Below, in pieces: positions 23,701 through 27,812 of a stretch of 27,812 nucleotides of DNA. The notes under the pieces are model-generated. The model was not told the DNA's origin. It worked only from the letters and a program-made list of their open reading frames with translations, and ran no database searches. Position 1 is the stretch's first letter; each line of letters starts with the position of its first letter. The position numbers and the translations under genes were made by a program. The DNA is from Veleropilina oligotropha (taxonomy: Eukaryota): positions 124,001-151,812 of the forward strand of contig JBEUKZ010000089.1 in assembly GCA_048128005.1 (NCBI GenBank), read 5' to 3'.

Positions 23701-25421
23701 ATCTTCACTGATACATTTGTCTAAATCCATGTCATTCTCATCATCGTGGTTGGTCTCCGGTTCAGGGACAGTGAACAGAGAATAACATATTATAGACCAC
23801 AGTTCATCAACAAAGTGATAGGTTTTTGTTTTCAGGCGCTTCTTGCCGTTGATGGCGCGTGGTTTTCGGCTTTCGCTTGTAGATGAGTATGGTCTGTCGA
23901 CGTGCTCGTTCCAATCAAGAACCGACAAATTGCTTCGAAGTTTGTACATTGTATCTTTATAATGGATGCGTTTATCCAAGTACAACAGGGCCGTGTTGTT
24001 ATAACTCTCTACGTAATATGTATCCCTTCCAAAAATGTAATCGGAGGGATTCCTATAGACGACACTCTTTCGTACAAAATCTGTCAATAATTTAACCGCT
24101 GTAGAACATGTCAGAATAATCCATTGTGGTGCATAGCCCACTTGCCTGCATGGGGATTCACTGCTACAACCGTCATGCTTGTTCTGATAATGCTGTGGGA
24201 TGATATCGAGCAGCTTCCTTAGCTTCACTGGATCACCGTCTGTGTTGTCCATCGCCCAATAAAAGTGATTTTTTACACTATCCAGTTTATCGATCAGCTG
24301 CATGCTCCACGTGACTCCTTCCTTGTAGCGTGGTCCATTGCAGATTTCCTTCAAGCCCTTTTGAAGACTCTTCGCGACATGCCACCTATCGTTGGAATTG
24401 TGAACATTCTGTGAATTAACAATTTTGTTCACACTTGTGTTTCTGTCATGTGCATGTTCGGAAACTTTTATGTTCAAATGCTTGAAACGAGAATACATCA
24501 AACTCGTTCCAACGGCTTCGTGTTTCTGGCTGCTTATTTCATCTTCCTTTGTGACATGCTGAATATCCACGATTTTGTGATTCTTTTGTCCCAGTGCGAC
24601 GACATCCGAATGAAATGAATTCTTACGGCATGCGTGACGAGCATCCGTCATAATTGCTATCCCATGTTCTGGAGACTTCTGAAGTTCCTCTGATAATGCA
24701 GCATGGATCGATTGCTTTTTCAAAAGTTCTACAGCTGCAGCAAATGTAATCACCATACGAGCATACATTGCTTTTGGTACGAGTCCAATGCCGGAAAACT
24801 TACAGAATTTGTAATATTGCGATTGCGTCATGCCGCTGCATATATATCCAAGATACAGTCTGTAGTTGCGATATATGTATTTCCCATCTTAGAAGAAGAT
24901 TCACACATAATACGATGACCAGCACTGCACCCGTAATGCATTTTGACTGCATGACCTCGTTTAACAAGATATTCCACGGAAATTGTCTCTTCGCAACATT
25001 TTACATGAGCACTCAGGTTTGATATCAAGTGGTCAATTTGTGAAATCTCGAATAAGGCAAATTCGGGCGACTCTATAGATCCATCTGGTTGAATTGAAAC
25101 AGGGTCTACGGCGCTTTCTGGTGTCGTGAAGTTCTTCACGCGAGCGTCTCTCTTTAAAAGATAACTGTCCATCAGGATCTCAATCACCTTGGCGATCTTT
25201 ACATCTTTGCCTATTTTCTGTCTCACGTTCTCCAATTTCGCATCGAATCTTCCTTTATCAGTCAATGTAGAAAAGGAGCATTCAATCGTTTTTCTAATTT
25301 GTTGCTTGCAGCTGTAAGCATACGTTTTCACAGTGCCATCTGCTAATCGCTTCGTTTTGTTTCTTCGGATAATGGTTGATGTACTAGCTGTTAGTTGATC
25401 CGACGGAGAAGGTGATGTCAT
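23680..25421 (-). pseudogene. Kolobok-like DDE transposase (~580 aa) with a 1-bp deletion at ~24866
   Basis: Restoring one A joins the two ORFs as ..NTYIANYRLYLGYICSGMTQ... Motifs IMTDARH, HAHDRN, NDRWHVAK, HYQNKHDGC..C and TYYVESYNN resemble the Kolobok D-D-E pattern with DxWH. Confidence 0.72.
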
Positions 25422-26155
25422 ATTGTCAAGCTGAGTGAATAATGATGCTATCAACGAATTCTATACGTTATATATGGTGATAAACGAGTGTTTTTCTAAG
25501 ACATTGTTCACAAAACTTTATGCAGAAACATTGTATTACCTTACCAAATATGCAATCAAACTGAATCTGGGCGTCATAATAGGATATTTTGGTGTACTGT
25601 AACAACATTTGACACTTTAAATTGTTGCTTATACATGAAGTGAATGATTGGCTTGTAGAAAGGCTTGTATGCATATAGTGCAATGAAATCATTTTCTTGA
25701 AATCATACCGTCAATGCGCGCGATTATCAAAACATTATGTTTCTTCTTATACAACACAAACAAAGATGGTGTGATGCCAGTTTTCACCAATAATTAATAG
25801 CTCAATCAATTAATCAAGTTTGCTTTGACTAAGCATTAAAGGATACAATGGAAAATTTACATTTGTATAACGTCAAGTTAGTTGTTAAATATACAAAGGG
25901 TTTGGAATAAGGTATTATGCAGTACCATATAACGACGAGATGATCCTTATAGGACTAGTCCTGTTTTCACGCATTTTTACAAGGAATATTATAATTAACG
26001 TGCTGTCGATTAAAAACGGCATCACCAATCATTGTTCAATTTATTTCGTATTGCTGTAAACATTACACATTATATACACAGAAAACGAGACAGAGTTATA
26101 AGATGAGATATGTAGCCATGTTGCTTCAATAAGGGGCTATAAAGTTCATTATATA

Positions 26156-27776
26156 TACACAAAGAAAAAAGTTAAGCACCCCCTAGATATTTTCACAATG
26201 TTAAATTGCAAATGTGTATCAGGTCCACAATGGCCCAAAACCTTCGGATATTGAAATTTCATCAGATAGAACAACCATTTGGCAAGGCAAAACACGCAAC
26301 ATTGATTAGTTATGGTTATAATTTAATAGTGATTGCTTTATTTTATTGCATGTACTGTATTTACCACAAAGCGATACCCAAACAAGTATGGGGCTGTAAG
26401 TCAAAGCAAAGGAGTTCATAATAATATTGTCACATGGAAATGTTCCTTGAATATTCTAGTGTACATGTCCAAATAAACTAATCAGTACCGGTTACAACCG
26501 CCACGTACTCGGATTACACATTGCACCCTCCGTCTCATGCCTCCAGTCAGACGTCGGATCTGTTCACGGGTCAATGACACCCACTCAGCATGTAGAGCTG
26601 CCTCCAATTGTTGTAAATTCTGTAATGGGGGTTGCCGTGCCTGGATTCGCCGCCCTAGAATGTCCCACACATGCTCCAGAGGATTAAGATCTGGGCTTAA
26701 CGCTGGCCAGGGTAGAGTCGTCACAGCACTTGCTCTCATGAAATCGAGTACTGCACGTGATCGATGCGGCCTGGCGTTGTCATCCATGTACTGAGGCCTT
26801 GTGGCGACTGGATGGTTATCAAAATGAGGGACAACAACTGGCTGTAAGACGTCACGGATGTACTGTGCTCCTGTTAAGTTGCCTCTGATGGTGATCAAAT
26901 CCAGTTTGCAATCATGAGATATGCACCCCCACACCATAACGGAGCCTCCGCCATAGGCAACAGTTGGCATAATGTTTTTGGGGGTATAAGCTGTGTTCTT
27001 GTGCCTCCAAACTCGTGTACGTCCATCAGTAACATGGAGTAAGAAGCGGCTTTCATCCGACCAATGGATTTTCCTCCAGGTCCTCAGATTCCAGTGTATT
27101 CTGGCCATACACCATGCCAATCGTAAACGTTTGTGGCGGTCAGTCAACATGGGACGTTTAATTACTCTTCTGGCCTTTAATCCTGCCGCTTTCAGACGAT
27201 TTCTGACTGTTCTGGTGCTGATGGGACGATTGGGTAACCAGAGTCTTTTTAGCTGAGGACTTGTACTGAAGGGTTCTCGTCGTGCATTTCGAAGCAGCAG
27301 TCTGTCTTCACGCTGTGTAGTTACAGTTGGTCTTCCAGATCTTGCACGGTCTATTGCACAACCAGTCTGTGCGTGTTTGCTGACTAAACGGCTAATAACA
27401 GTGTAATGGTAGTCCATATTCCGTCCAATCGCCTTAAAGGACATTCCTGCCGCGTGCATGCCTATAATTTGGTTTCTAGTGTCGATTGACAATCGTCTCC
27501 GTTCCATGTTCAATGAAGAAGACTGAATGGCCGTTTTAACCAACGTTAAATACCCGCAAATACAGTTGGACCAAACTGCATTTTGAGATACTCGAGGATA
27601 GCATGATGCACGTGCTTGCCACAATGAACACAAACTTGATTGGCACTTATAACCGGTCATATTGCCTCGTGAAAACTGTATAATTTCTATAAATATACAT
27701 TGTATAACTATTTAAAGTAATAGGAAAAAAATATCGTCAAAAATATCAGGGGGTGCTTAACTTTTTTCTTTGTGTA
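26156..27776 (-). mobile_element. Tc1 (DD34E) element, full length
   Basis: Perfect 29-bp TIR TACACAAAGAAAAAAGTTAAGCACCCCCT, flanked by short TA runs on both sides. Confidence 0.95.
26482..27507 (-). CDS. Tc1 transposase, 341 aa, intact
   Basis: Starts MERRRLS. RSGRP, HWSDESRF, GGGSVMVWG, YMDDNARPH and SPDLNPLE; D34E spacing; no stops or frameshifts. Confidence 0.95.
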   Translation of the reverse strand: MERRRLSIDTRNQIIGMHAAGMSFKAIGRNMDYHYTVISRLVSKHAQTGCAIDRARSGRPTVTTQREDRLLLRNARREPFSTSPQLKRLWLPNRPISTRTVRNRLKAAGLKARRVIKRPMLTDRHKRLRLAWCMARIHWNLRTWRKIHWSDESRFLLHVTDGRTRVWRHKNTAYTPKNIMPTVAYGGGSVMVWGCISHDCKLDLITIRGNLTGAQYIRDVLQPVVVPHFDNHPVATRPQYMDDNARPHRSRAVLDFMRASAVTTLPWPALSPDLNPLEHVWDILGRRIQARQPPLQNLQQLEAALHAEWVSLTREQIRRLTGGMRRRVQCVIRVRGGCNRY

Positions 27777-27812
27777 TATATATACACCTAATTACAAAAC
27801 TGAACATTGCTT

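Larger units (their letters stand above)
22837..26153 (-). mobile_element. Kolobok-like DNA transposon; the other end is not identified
   Basis: TTAA (22833-22836) followed by AGGCCAGAGTCG fits the Kolobok TTAA|RR terminus and coincides with a sharp composition change. Encloses a Kolobok-like transposase. No matching inverted terminus was found in the window. Confidence 0.55.

Noticed and set aside
25836..25852. TTAA|AGGATACAATGG as a second Kolobok terminus or LTDR start
   Set aside because: It shares only TTAAAGG with 22833 and the following sequence does not align.
27508..27660. 51-aa N-terminal extension of the Tc1 ORF
   Set aside because: Tc1 homology begins at MERRRLS (27507), giving the usual ~340 aa; the extension is probably incidental.

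Overview
Eukaryotic (animal, plausibly marine invertebrate) genomic DNA made almost entirely of nested transposable elements. No host gene, RNA gene or CRISPR array is evident. In order: a decayed Ty3/Gypsy gag-pol truncated before integrase (1-~3310); a complete hAT element (3534-9702) with an apparently intact six-exon, 666-aa transposase, carrying a disabled Tc1 (DD34E) in a (TA)n tract of its 3' region (7849-9388); a palindromic MITE-like array (~10140-10310); a pogo/Fot-like DD35D transposase with a C-terminal PHD finger (minus strand, ~11445-14449); a PIF/Harbinger element (14466-20331) with a related Harbinger (14553-17626) inserted in its left subterminal region; a Merlin element (20444-21910); a Kolobok-like element (from 22837, transposase on the minus strand); and an intact Tc1 (26156-27776). 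The most striking structure is in both Harbingers: the transposase gene (+) and the MADF/Myb-SANT gene (-) are mutually interleaved. Exon 2 of each lies in the other's intron, with back-to-back splice acceptors. Many elements keep near-perfect TIRs and TSDs and have only 0-2 disabling lesions, which suggests a young TE-trapping locus.
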